Shown: positions 30,902 through 39,635, numbered from the stretch's first letter. The stretch: DNA of 55,486 bases from an uncultured Desulfurococcales archaeon (GCA_964496855.1 CAZCAU010000003.1:1-55486); one strand, 5' to 3'. Translations and numbers: made by a program. The notes: generated by a model not told the origin, from the letters alone.

Positions 30902-31837
30902 TCACCACTCTACACCTAGTATGTTAAGTAGTAGAGCCATCCGTACTGGAATACCGAGTTTTGCCTGTATGAAATAAGCTGCATGTACTGTAGAGTCTAT
31001 CTCGGACGGTATTTCATCAACACGAGGCAATGGGTGAAGTATTCTTAAACTCTCTTTAGCGTTTTGCAAAAGTGTCTTGTCTACCCTATAGCTACCCTTC
31101 ACCTTTTCGTACTCGAGAGGGTCAGGGAACCTCTCTTTTTGTACTCGTGTTACGTATAGTACGTCTACTTCCTCTATAACGTCCTTAGGATCTTCAATTT
31201 CTTCTATATTCATGTTGTTATTTATCAGAACATCTTTCACTTCTTCTCTAAGCTTTAGCAAACTAGGAGATGCTAAGTATAGTTTCTTAGGCTTAAATCT
31301 TGTAAGTGCCAACGCGAAGCTTGCGGCTGTTCTAGCATATCTCAGGTCTCCGAGAAGCATGTATGTCAGATTATCTACTCTGCCAAATAGTTTGTTAACC
31401 GTGTAGAGGTCAAGAATAGCCTGTGTTGGGTGGTGTTGTGCGCCATCGCCAGCATTTATTACCGGGTGTTCTGCTATCTCTGCCGCATATTTTGCCGCAC
31501 CTTCGTATCTATGTCTTATTATTATTAAGTCCGAATACGAGTCGAGCATTCTTATAGTGTCTGCTAAACTTTCTCCTTTAGCTATTGATATTGCTTCTTC
31601 ACTAGTAAAACCTATAGTCTTTCCTCCAAGTTTTTTTACAGCTGTCTCAAAGCTTAGTCTTGTACGTGTGGATGGTTCAAAGAATGCTAAGGCAACTATT
31701 CTTCCCTCTAGGGGTTTTCCTAGGGTTTCCCCTCGTTTCGCAGCTTCTAGGATTCTATCAGTGTCCTGAAATATTTTTTCGAAATCTGTGCGAGAAAGAT
31801 CTAGCACGCTAACTACGTCTTTTCCCACTAAACTCAA
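30902..31837 (-). CDS. pyrB: aspartate carbamoyltransferase catalytic subunit
   Basis: [28 protein letters not shown] and HPLPR motifs. Confidence 0.97.
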   Translation of the reverse strand: MSLVGKDVVSVLDLSRTDFEKIFQDTDRILEAAKRGETLGKPLEGRIVALAFFEPSTRTRLSFETAVKKLGGKTIGFTSEEAISIAKGESLADTIRMLDSYSDLIIIRHRYEGAAKYAAEIAEHPVINAGDGAQHHPTQAILDLYTVNKLFGRVDNLTYMLLGDLRYARTAASFALALTRFKPKKLYLASPSLLKLREEVKDVLINNNMNIEEIEDPKDVIEEVDVLYVTRVQKERFPDPLEYEKVKGSYRVDKTLLQNAKESLRILHPLPRVDEIPSEIDSTVHAAYFIQAKLGIPVRMALLLNILGVEW

Positions 31838-31930
31838 TATTGAGCCCTAAATTATGGTTTGAGGAGATTGTGGTATATAAGATATGATCCACGCGTTTCA
31901 TCAAAGTATTTAATCAGTATTTTGGCAAGG

Positions 31931-32476
31931 CTACTTGGAATACGCTAATTTCAACAATTCGGCCGAAGTAAATAACGAGTATAATCTTACTCCCATCTCC
32001 TCAAGCTTCTCTCTAGCACCCTCTTGTCTATCAATAACAACGAGCGCAGAATCCACTATGCCTCCCTTGCTTCTTAATACCGATATAGCGTATGCTAGTG
32101 TCCCTCCAGTAGTCGCGATATCATCTAGTACTAATACTCTTTTATCCTTCACGCTACCTCCCTCAACCAGCTTGCCTAACCCGTGACCCTTACTCTCTTT
32201 CCTTATGTACACCATTGGTGTCCCTGATACGCATGCAAAGTATGTAGCAAGAGGAATGCCAGCTGTTGCTACACCCGCAACAATGTCGAATTTAATGCCT
32301 TCTTTTACTGCTTTCTCAAATAACAGTTTAGCGACTTTTCTTGCTAGCTCAGGATAGTAGTATAGTTCACGTAGGTTAATGTAGTACCAGCTAGTCTTAC
32401 CTGATGATAACTTAAATTGGCCGAATCTTAGGAATCCTTTCCTCACAAACTCTCTTAGTATATCTTCGTTCTCCAA
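31931..32476 (-). CDS. pyrE: orotate phosphoribosyltransferase
   Basis: FKLSSGKTS, RKESKGHG and PRPP motif VLVLDDIATTGG. Confidence 0.95.
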   Translation of the reverse strand: MENEDILREFVRKGFLRFGQFKLSSGKTSWYYINLRELYYYPELARKVAKLLFEKAVKEGIKFDIVAGVATAGIPLATYFACVSGTPMVYIRKESKGHGLGKLVEGGSVKDKRVLVLDDIATTGGTLAYAISVLRSKGGIVDSALVVIDRQEGAREKLEEMGVRLYSLFTSAELLKLAYSK

Positions 32477-33219
32477 CCCAAGCCCCCTAGTACTTTTTTC
32501 TGTTCTTCAATAATATTTAGGAGTGCTCTTCTCGGATCAGCAGATCTAGTTATTGCTCTGCCTACGATTTCGATGTCTGCTCCATTTAATAGTGCAATAC
32601 CAGGTTGCTGACCCTGTGCGCCAATGCCTGGTGCTATTATTGTTCTCTCGGGAAAGGTCTCTCTTAGTGTTTTTATAAAACGTGGACGGGTTGCAGGAGC
32701 TACTATGCCTGCATTTTTAGCTCTGTTTATTACGTTGATAGTATTATTTAGGCATTTATCTAAGACGTCTGTAGCGCCTGGATTAGATAGTGTTGCCACC
32801 AGAAATACTCCTATGTTCTCTTCCCTGGCTACCCTGTCTATAACCTCCACACCGCCGCTCCAACCCGTAAATGCGTGTGCTATAATAGCGTCAAAACCTG
32901 CTTTACTAGCCATTTTTACAATCATTTCATTAATATGCCACACATCGGCAAGCTTGTAATCAGCAATAATTATTGCTTCTGGATCGTATCTTCTAATCTC
33001 TCTTACTACTTCAGAAAGACTAGAGAAGCCTAGAAGCATTGCTAGTGGTAGACCAAGTTTGTATCCTAAAGGAATATTATCTAATACGCGGACCAGGTTT
33101 ATTATCCAGTCTCTGAGCTGGCTTGTCGAATCTTCTATTAATGGAGGATCAAGTGCTACTACTACTCTCTCCTTGCCTCTAGAAACCTTCCTGTCCACAA
33201 GATCGCGTGAAATAATCAA
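32455..33219 (-). CDS. pyrF: orotidine 5'-phosphate decarboxylase
   Basis: VALD, ADYKLADV, APATRP, PGIGAQG and IVGRAI motifs. Confidence 0.93.
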   Translation of the reverse strand: MIISRDLVDRKVSRGKERVVVALDPPLIEDSTSQLRDWIINLVRVLDNIPLGYKLGLPLAMLLGFSSLSEVVREIRRYDPEAIIIADYKLADVWHINEMIVKMASKAGFDAIIAHAFTGWSGGVEVIDRVAREENIGVFLVATLSNPGATDVLDKCLNNTINVINRAKNAGIVAPATRPRFIKTLRETFPERTIIAPGIGAQGQQPGIALLNGADIEIVGRAITRSADPRRALLNIIEEQKKVLGGLGWRTKIY

Positions 33220-33272
33220 AGCTAGGCACCACTTAGTTTTAATCCGTTTCTGCGATGAATATTGGGTAGGGG

Positions 33273-33938
33273 ATGACTAATAATTATATTGAGGCTACAA
33301 GCACCATGTGCAAACTCGGTGTATTTAGCACAGTTTATAGTAAGAACCAGGATCTGGTTAGAGTCTTGAGGGATATTTACGGTCAAGACCCTGTACATGG
33401 ATGGCCTCATATAATAAGAGTACTTTGTATTGAGTCAGAGATTATAGAAAACGAGTTCGGTAGCAAGGGTGTTGATCTAGATACGTTATTTACTGCAACA
33501 ATCTTCCACGATATAGGTAGAGTCTTCGAAGAGTCTCTCAAGATACATCATGCGAGAATAAGTGCTGAGATAGCCCGTATTTACTTAAGAAAGTCTCATG
33601 GAAGAGAAAAGCTTGAGAAAATAACTCATATAATTCTCGCTCATAGCTACTCACTAGGCGTTAAACCTGAAAGTCTCGAAGCAATTATTTTGAGTGATGC
33701 CGATAAACTAGACGCTCTAGGTGCTATAGGCTTATACAGAGCAATTGTAGACGGCGAACGCAGAAGGCGAGGACTTGATGGCACTATAAGCCATATAAAA
33801 GGGAAATTGTTAAGACTACCAACGATGTTATATACTGAGTACGCGCGAAAAACGGCTACTCACAAAATAAGTATACTTAAAGAATTCATTAGAATGATGG
33901 AAGATGAACACCCCATATTGCAGGATCTAGAGAAATAA
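33273..33938 (+). CDS. HD-domain metal-dependent phosphohydrolase
   Basis: HGWPHIIRV, FHDIGR, HHA, HS and DADKLDALGAIG motifs. Confidence 0.9.
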   Translation: MTNNYIEATSTMCKLGVFSTVYSKNQDLVRVLRDIYGQDPVHGWPHIIRVLCIESEIIENEFGSKGVDLDTLFTATIFHDIGRVFEESLKIHHARISAEIARIYLRKSHGREKLEKITHIILAHSYSLGVKPESLEAIILSDADKLDALGAIGLYRAIVDGERRRRGLDGTISHIKGKLLRLPTMLYTEYARKTATHKISILKEFIRMMEDEHPILQDLEK

Positions 33939-34104
33939 TATAAATCTCAGCTCAATAAGCAATACAGGGATGATCGGGGCCAGGATAGAGGATTAATAAA
34001 GATGACTGCTTCACGGACCGGGAGACCACTTCTCAACAAATAGAAACCGTCTTACCACTCTTCTTATTATCGAGATACTGCAAAGAAGTGGTGGCGGGGC
34101 CCCG

Positions 34105-34280
34105 TGGTAGCGGGGGGTGGACTTTCCCGGGGCAGATTACCGCCCCGTTTTGAACCACCGACCTCGGGTGCGACCCCTACTTAGAGGTGTGTCTCCGAGG
34201 CGGTTAGCCCCTTATGAGCTTCGCGGGGCGGAGTTTTTCTCCGCGCCTCCCGCGGGCTAACCAGGCTACCCTACCCCGCT
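34105..34280 (-). tRNA. initiator tRNA-Met(CAT) interrupted by four introns (34248-34220, 34212-34191, 34188-34169, 34148-34122)
   Basis: Joining exons 34280-34249, 34219-34213, 34190-34189, 34168-34149 and 34121-34105 gives AGCGGGGTAGGGTAGCCTGGTTAGCCCGCGGGGCTCATAACCCCGAGGTCGGTGGTTCAAATCCACCCCCCGCTACCA. This is a complete 78-nt cloverleaf with A1-U72, G11-C24 and three G-C pairs in the anticodon stem. Every junction lies in a BHB-like fold. Confidence 0.9.
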
Positions 34281-34319
34281 ACTTCTCCCCGCCAGTAGAA
34301 AACAATGTAACACTGGGGG

Positions 34320-34332
34320 TAATAAAGTTTTG
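34320..34332 (-). promoter_or_regulatory. BRE/TATA promoter of tRNA-iMet
   Basis: Minus strand CAAAACTTTATTA about 40-50 nt upstream of the mature 5' end, implying a leader of about 15 nt. Confidence 0.55.
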
Positions 34333-34339
34333 ATCAATA

Positions 34340-34501
34340 TTATTTATGTTTGGGATTTCTATTTTTACAATCATAATTTACTGGGTCTAAACCTAGTTTT
34401 TTGAGTTGTTGACACAGATTTTTTAATGGTATAACTGCTTTGCCCCCATACTCGTTTTCCAGTATGACAACATCTCCTTTTACAACAACCTTGACTTTCA
34501 A
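34340..34501 (-). CDS. small hypothetical protein (53 aa), not in the ORF track
   Basis: TTG start after GGGTGA. Translation: MKVKVVVKGDVVILENEYGGKAVIPLKNLCQQLKKLGLDPVNYDCKNRNPKHK. Confidence 0.55.
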   Translation of the reverse strand: MKVKVVVKGDVVILENEYGGKAVIPLKNLCQQLKKLGLDPVNYDCKNRNPKHK

Positions 34502-34626
34502 CGTCGTCACCCATAAGCCTTGTTGCTCTAATATATTGATATTATTAATTAGACTCGTTTAATAGACTTTATAATAAGTATGGAGGTAACAATACTCACG
34601 ACATAGCTGTGAAGGTGTAGTTATTA

Positions 34627-35172
34627 TTGGATGCTGAAAACACTATTGTAGCTATAAAGCAGTTGTCACTTAAGGTGTTATCTCCTAGAATTAGACTTCT
34701 CATAATAGTCTTAGAAAGCCTGTTAAATGAGAAGCAGGACATAAGGGGTATACGTTTAGATTGTATGAGATATGGTTTTTCATGTAGAAATCTCGAGGGA
34801 GTACTAAGAGAGCTTGAAGAAGATGGTATAATTACACGTGAGAGAGATGGAAAATACATTTTAACAGACTATGGTCGTGAACTCTCTGAGGTTATGCAAA
34901 GTATTTGTAACGAGATACAAGATTTTGTGAAAAAGAGTTACAAAGGAGAAGTAAAAGAAAATGATGTCTATTCCCTACTTTTCACACCCATAGCTGGGAT
35001 ATTAGGTCTTGCTGAAGCAGATCTTGAAGAAAGAGATCTTTTTAGAGCACTGGGCTTAACCACGTATCTGACAACACTAGTGAGCACAGCTTTAGGACTT
35101 ATATCCTCATCTAATCCTGTTATAAAGAACCTAGTTAAAGAGATCGAGCATGGATTCATAGGAGTACAGTAA
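34627..35172 (+). CDS. hypothetical protein with N-terminal winged-helix domain
   Basis: LEGVLRELEEDGIITRERDGKYILTDYGREL wing motif. Confidence 0.65.
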   Translation: MDAENTIVAIKQLSLKVLSPRIRLLIIVLESLLNEKQDIRGIRLDCMRYGFSCRNLEGVLRELEEDGIITRERDGKYILTDYGRELSEVMQSICNEIQDFVKKSYKGEVKENDVYSLLFTPIAGILGLAEADLEERDLFRALGLTTYLTTLVSTALGLISSSNPVIKNLVKEIEHGFIGVQ

Positions 35173-35233
35173 TTATAATTTTAGAATTCGTTAAGTCGAC
35201 TTAATTGCTACTTAGCTCGAATACAGAATAGAT

Positions 35234-35584
35234 CTAGTTGCTCTGAGGAAGAGACTTCTTTTTCCTTCTACGAGGACCAAAATACCAATAGAATCTTCTC
35301 TTCCTAGCCGCTATTTCTTCGAGATCCCTGGGTGTAACCATCTCTGGCAACGCATATGTATTTCCAGGCAACTCTATTAGTTCTCCCTTCTCTACTAGGT
35401 TAAATAGGGCTTTCCTTAGACGATCCTCCCCTGCTATCCCACTAAATATTTCTCTAAGCTCTCTCCAGTGTAGAGGCTTTTTCTTCTCTCTAATAGTATC
35501 AATAACCAGTTCTTCCAACTCCTCTTCATGTGGTGCCTTCATTACTATGACTTCGTCGTCCTCGTATAGTACTTTTAATTTCAT
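35234..35584 (-). CDS. small winged-helix DNA-binding protein (paralog of 46937-47239)
   Basis: KVLYEDDEVIVMKAP.EEEL...LHWRELREIFSGIAGEDRLRKALFNLVEKG. ATG follows a GGGGTGA RBS; basic C-terminal tail. Confidence 0.75.
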   Translation of the reverse strand: MKLKVLYEDDEVIVMKAPHEEELEELVIDTIREKKKPLHWRELREIFSGIAGEDRLRKALFNLVEKGELIELPGNTYALPEMVTPRDLEEIAARKRRFYWYFGPRRRKKKSLPQSN

Positions 35585-35802
35585 GTTGTTAATCACCCCT
35601 AAAGTTGTATTTATGTGACTTCATATTTATAAGTATTACCTATAAAGATTACTATCTGATTAGATAGGTTATATGTTTTCACATTAATGTAATTAAGAAA
35701 CAATTACTTAACAATCTCTTAGGAAACTTATTTACCTAGTTTTAAAAACATAATATAAGACCAAGAGGACCAAATAGCGCTTCGTAGCCTGGTGTATGCT
35801 GT

Positions 35803-37722
35803 TTGAGTGATAAAATACTTGGGGGGCCCGGCCTTAGAAGGATACTCTTAGGAAATGAGGCCGTAGCTCGTGGAGCTATAGAGGCTGGTATAGGTCTCGC
35901 AACTGGTTACCCAGGTACTCCAAGCACAGAGATCGTGGAGACATTAATCAAAGTCTCAGAAAAAGTAGGTTTCTATGCTGATTGGAGTGTTAATGAGAAA
36001 GTAGCGTTTGAAACAGCATACGCTGCCGCAATGAGCGGCGTAAGAAGCATAGTAGCGATGAAACATGTTGGATTAAATGTTGCAGCAGATGCTCTATTCA
36101 GCTCAGCATATGCTGGTGCAAAAGCTGGTTTCGTAGTAGTATCAGCTGATGATCCTCAAATGTGGAGTAGCCAAAATGAACAAGATAATAGGTTCTACGG
36201 GCCACACTCGCTAGTACCAGTATTTGAACCATCAGATCCAGGAGAGGCAAAAGAACTCACACGTAAGCTGTTTGATATAAGCGAGAGATTCGGAATACCC
36301 GTTATATTAAGAATGACAACAAGGATTTCACATACTTGGGGCCCAGTATTATTTGGTACTTTGAGGAAGCCTGACCTCTCGGGGTTTTTCGAGAAAAACC
36401 CATCTAGATGGACTCTTGTACCACAAAATGCTAGGAGACGTAGGAAAGACCTCCTACAGCGTATTTCTCGTCTTGAAGACTTTGTAGAGAAGTACGAGTA
36501 TAACACACTTACCGGTGAGGGCCGGGATCTGCTCATCATTGCTTCAGGCACAAGCTACGCATACGCGGTAGACGCTGTAGACTATCTTGACATTTTAGAT
36601 AAAGTAACTATTCTGAAACTTTCTAGTATATATCCTATGCCACGCAAGCTAGTTGCGAGAAGTATGAGTGATTTCAGGAAAGTCCTCGTTGTTGAAGAAT
36701 TAGAGCCTTTCTTAGAGACTCAGGTCAAAGCAATAGCATACGAAGAAGGGCTTGACATAGAAGTTTTTGGAAAGAATGTGCTGCCAAGAATAGGGGAACT
36801 TGATTACGAAAAAGTTGCAGAAGCCATAAGAAGGGTTTGGGGAGAAGAGGCACAGAGTTCTGGAGATAGTTTCTTAACCAATATATACAAGGAGGCTAGA
36901 AACATACTACCTCCACGGCCGCCTGTGTTATGCCCTGGATGCCCATATAGATCAGTGTTTTACGCGTTGAGAAAAGCTGTGAACAAGTTACGGCTAAAAC
37001 CCGTGTATTCTGGGGATATAGGATGCTATAGCCTGGGATTGCTTAAGCCTTTCGAGGTACAAGATATACTACTTGAAATGGGGAGCAGTGTTGGTATAGC
37101 AAATGGGCTGGCGAAGGTCCTGAGCGATAACTTCATAATATCTATCCTTGGCGATTCAACTTTCTTCCATGCAGCTTTACCAGGCATTATAAATATAGCT
37201 TATACTAGTGCACCAGTACTTATACTTATACTAAGTAATCATGTAACAGCAATGACTGGTCATCAACCACATCCTGGAAGCAAGTTCCTTAAAGACAGGA
37301 AGGTTCTAGACATTAAAAAAGTGCTAGAAGGGCTGGGTATAGAAGTAGTTAATGTAGCGGACGCATTTAAACCGAGAGAAGTAGAGAACGTTCTTCTCAA
37401 CACTATGAAGTATATTGAAGAAAATAAAAAGCCCGCAGCAGTTATAGCTGATGGCCCTTGTATGCTACTATTATACTCCTCAGCCGTGAAGAAAGGAGGG
37501 AAACCACCATTATATACTGTTAATGAAGATAAGTGCACCGGTTGTAGCGCGTGTATTAACCTGCTTGCATGCCCTGCTATTAGGGTTATAAACGGAAAGG
37601 CTAGGATAGATCCAGGCTTGTGTACCGGATGCGGAGTATGTACAGATGTGTGTCCCTTTGACGCTATTATACCTGTAAGACAAGGTGATAAGATATGGCA
37701 GGAGGAGCGGAGGAGAATATGA
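35803..37722 (+). CDS. iorA: indolepyruvate:ferredoxin oxidoreductase subunit alpha
   Basis: LGNEAVARG, YPGTPSTE, MKHVGLNVA, SSQNEQD, LCPGCP, GDIGCY and GDSTFFH motifs, plus a C-terminal 2[4Fe-4S] ferredoxin. Confidence 0.96.
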   Translation: MSDKILGGPGLRRILLGNEAVARGAIEAGIGLATGYPGTPSTEIVETLIKVSEKVGFYADWSVNEKVAFETAYAAAMSGVRSIVAMKHVGLNVAADALFSSAYAGAKAGFVVVSADDPQMWSSQNEQDNRFYGPHSLVPVFEPSDPGEAKELTRKLFDISERFGIPVILRMTTRISHTWGPVLFGTLRKPDLSGFFEKNPSRWTLVPQNARRRRKDLLQRISRLEDFVEKYEYNTLTGEGRDLLIIASGTSYAYAVDAVDYLDILDKVTILKLSSIYPMPRKLVARSMSDFRKVLVVEELEPFLETQVKAIAYEEGLDIEVFGKNVLPRIGELDYEKVAEAIRRVWGEEAQSSGDSFLTNIYKEARNILPPRPPVLCPGCPYRSVFYALRKAVNKLRLKPVYSGDIGCYSLGLLKPFEVQDILLEMGSSVGIANGLAKVLSDNFIISILGDSTFFHAALPGIINIAYTSAPVLILILSNHVTAMTGHQPHPGSKFLKDRKVLDIKKVLEGLGIEVVNVADAFKPREVENVLLNTMKYIEENKKPAAVIADGPCMLLLYSSAVKKGGKPPLYTVNEDKCTGCSACINLLACPAIRVINGKARIDPGLCTGCGVCTDVCPFDAIIPVRQGDKIWQEERRRI

Positions 37723-38348
37723 TGAGGAAAGCCTTTAATTTGGTATTAACCGGTGTAGGAGGCCAGGGCATAACCACCTTGGCTAGCGTAATAGCAGATG
37801 CTGCTGATAAGAGACAGGTAAACATACGTGTAGCAGAAGTACGCGGGATGAGCCAGAGAGGCGGTTCTGTAGTAGTACATATACGTATGGGCAACGTGTA
37901 TTCACCTATAATACCAGTAGGGGCTGCTGACGCTATTGTATCACTAGAATTGATAGAAGCGGTAAGAAGCCTATCATACGCTCATGAAAAGACAATAATA
38001 GTCACAGGCACCAAGGTGATCCCACCCCCGCTTCCAGGCATTAAAATCCCTAACGTGGAAGAGTTAAGAAGAATACTCAACAAGACTAGCTTGAGAACAC
38101 TGTACGTAGATGTTGAGAAAATAGCTTATGAAACAACAGGCGAGCTACTAACATCAAATATGGTAATGTTAGGCTTCATATTAGGTTTGGGTATACTTGA
38201 TGATTATATAGGTATAGATGATGTGAAATCTGTTGTCTCAGGAATGAGACAAAGAGAGGCTAACTTAAAAGCGCTAGAGGCAGGTTATAAATATGGCAGA
38301 AAATGTAGAGAGGTAACTCCATCACATGGTGAATGCGCAGAATCGTGA
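37719..38348 (+). CDS. iorB: indolepyruvate:ferredoxin oxidoreductase subunit beta
   Basis: GVGGQG, GMSQRGGSV and NMVMLG motifs; overlaps the iorA stop. Confidence 0.93.
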   Translation: MMRKAFNLVLTGVGGQGITTLASVIADAADKRQVNIRVAEVRGMSQRGGSVVVHIRMGNVYSPIIPVGAADAIVSLELIEAVRSLSYAHEKTIIVTGTKVIPPPLPGIKIPNVEELRRILNKTSLRTLYVDVEKIAYETTGELLTSNMVMLGFILGLGILDDYIGIDDVKSVVSGMRQREANLKALEAGYKYGRKCREVTPSHGECAES

Positions 38349-38658
38349 GAGTGATGAATATTATATCCCGGAGGATGTGTTAAGAGAAGTAGAGGAGGCC
38401 GAGAAGGAATTTTATGAAAAAGGTTCTAGGAAGAAGAAAACCAGGTACCCATCATCCAGAGATATTGTAGAGGCAGTAATTATTGTTGCAAAAACGTTTA
38501 GGGCTAGTAGTCCAGAAGAGTATCCAGATGCTGTTCTCGAGTATTTGCAAGAAAAAGGTTATGATACCAGGCACGTGACTGTAAAAAGAATATGGAGAAC
38601 TTATGAGAAATTAGTGAGAGAGGGAGTAATAAGCGACTATCTAGGCGTAGTAGTGTAG
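38326..38658 (+). CDS. conserved hypothetical protein (possible HTH)
   Basis: Coding-like composition, YPSSRDIVEAV..VTVKRIWRTYEKLVREGVISDYLGVV, co-oriented and overlapping iorB. Confidence 0.65.
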   Translation: MVNAQNRESDEYYIPEDVLREVEEAEKEFYEKGSRKKKTRYPSSRDIVEAVIIVAKTFRASSPEEYPDAVLEYLQEKGYDTRHVTVKRIWRTYEKLVREGVISDYLGVVV

Positions 38659-38683
38659 ACCTAGACTCTCAGAGTTGTTTCAG

Positions 38684-39046
38684 ATGCCAAGATGCGAGAT
38701 CTGCTGGAGCAGAGAAAGTACAACCACTTGTAGGGTATGTGGAAGATACGTGTGTGAAGAAGATTTTGATAAAAACAAGAATATGTGCAGAATATGTGTT
38801 TCAACGCTCTGTCATATTTGTGGAAAGAGACTAGCAATAGCAAGATGTATATCATGCGGAAAACTTGGTTGCAAGAATTGTTTAGTACAAGTCGACCCTG
38901 CTAGATATCTCTGTATAGATTGTTATCGTGAGCTTGGGGAAAACTATACCACACAGTTAAGAAAAGCAGCGCTACAACAAGCTCGTAAGCTTAGAAACTT
39001 GGAGTCTAGGATACTAGGAATAAGCAAAGATAAAACTAAGGTTTAA
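38684..39046 (+). CDS. Cys-rich zinc-finger protein (tandem B-box/HIT-like)
   Basis: Repeated CxxC pairs: CEIC, CRVC, CRIC, CHIC, CISC, CKNC, CIDC. Confidence 0.75.
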   Translation: MPRCEICWSRESTTTCRVCGRYVCEEDFDKNKNMCRICVSTLCHICGKRLAIARCISCGKLGCKNCLVQVDPARYLCIDCYRELGENYTTQLRKAALQQARKLRNLESRILGISKDKTKV

Positions 39047-39068
39047 TAGCCGGCTTCTCTCCTATTAT

Positions 39069-39635
39069 GTGAAGGCTGAGATAATGGAAAGCTGCAAGAA
39101 CACCATAGGTGCCCTAGAATCTCTCAGAGATAGTATAAGGAAACGTGTCGACACTATACGGGGAAGCGGGTTCTGGGTTGAAGCGACAAGGTCTATAGCT
39201 ATACGTGTATACGAGATCATGGATAACATATCATCACTAATTGCAAACACTATATGTCTAGCCGAAAACCTTGGCGGGTGCATAAAAGTTGGTAACGAGA
39301 CAACCTGTAAGCCAGGATGCGGTGCATTAAGAGTTGTAGCAACACCTAATTCGTGCAGTATTTTCCGTCTCAGTAATATGAGAGAAATAAAATACGATGC
39401 CAAGACAGGAAAAGTGATTATAGCAACCCCAACCACATCAATCTCTATAGATAGAAGTACTATAAATGGCAAGTTAAGAACATTCAGTGTAACCATTAAT
39501 TATCTAGATGCCAACGATGTTAAGAGCAAGTATCAAGATGCTTTGACAATACTACGCGAAGCCGAGCACGTAGTAGCATTAATGAATGCAACTGTTGAGA
39601 ACTGTATAAGAGAAAAACGGCTCATGTGCAGTTAA
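39069..39635 (+). CDS. hypothetical protein
   Basis: 188-aa ORF co-oriented in the cluster; no motif recognised. Confidence 0.6.
   Translation: MKAEIMESCKNTIGALESLRDSIRKRVDTIRGSGFWVEATRSIAIRVYEIMDNISSLIANTICLAENLGGCIKVGNETTCKPGCGALRVVATPNSCSIFRLSNMREIKYDAKTGKVIIATPTTSISIDRSTINGKLRTFSVTINYLDANDVKSKYQDALTILREAEHVVALMNATVENCIREKRLMCS

Noticed and set aside
31868-31930. Minus-strand CTGA...TGATGA between pyrE and pyrB as a C/D sRNA
   Set aside because: Only an internal D'/C' pair is present; there is no properly spaced terminal C and D box.
33965-34035. GC-richer stretch after a TATA-like box with ATGATC/ATGACT, possible small RNA
   Set aside because: The boxes are too degenerate, there is no CTGA, and no convincing fold or ORF; it cannot be supported.
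34169-34212. Three-intron model with one long anticodon-loop intron
   Set aside because: A single excision yields A.CCCG after the anticodon, one nucleotide short or with a G31-A39 mismatch, and has no BHB. The two-intron solution gives a perfect stem and two BHBs.
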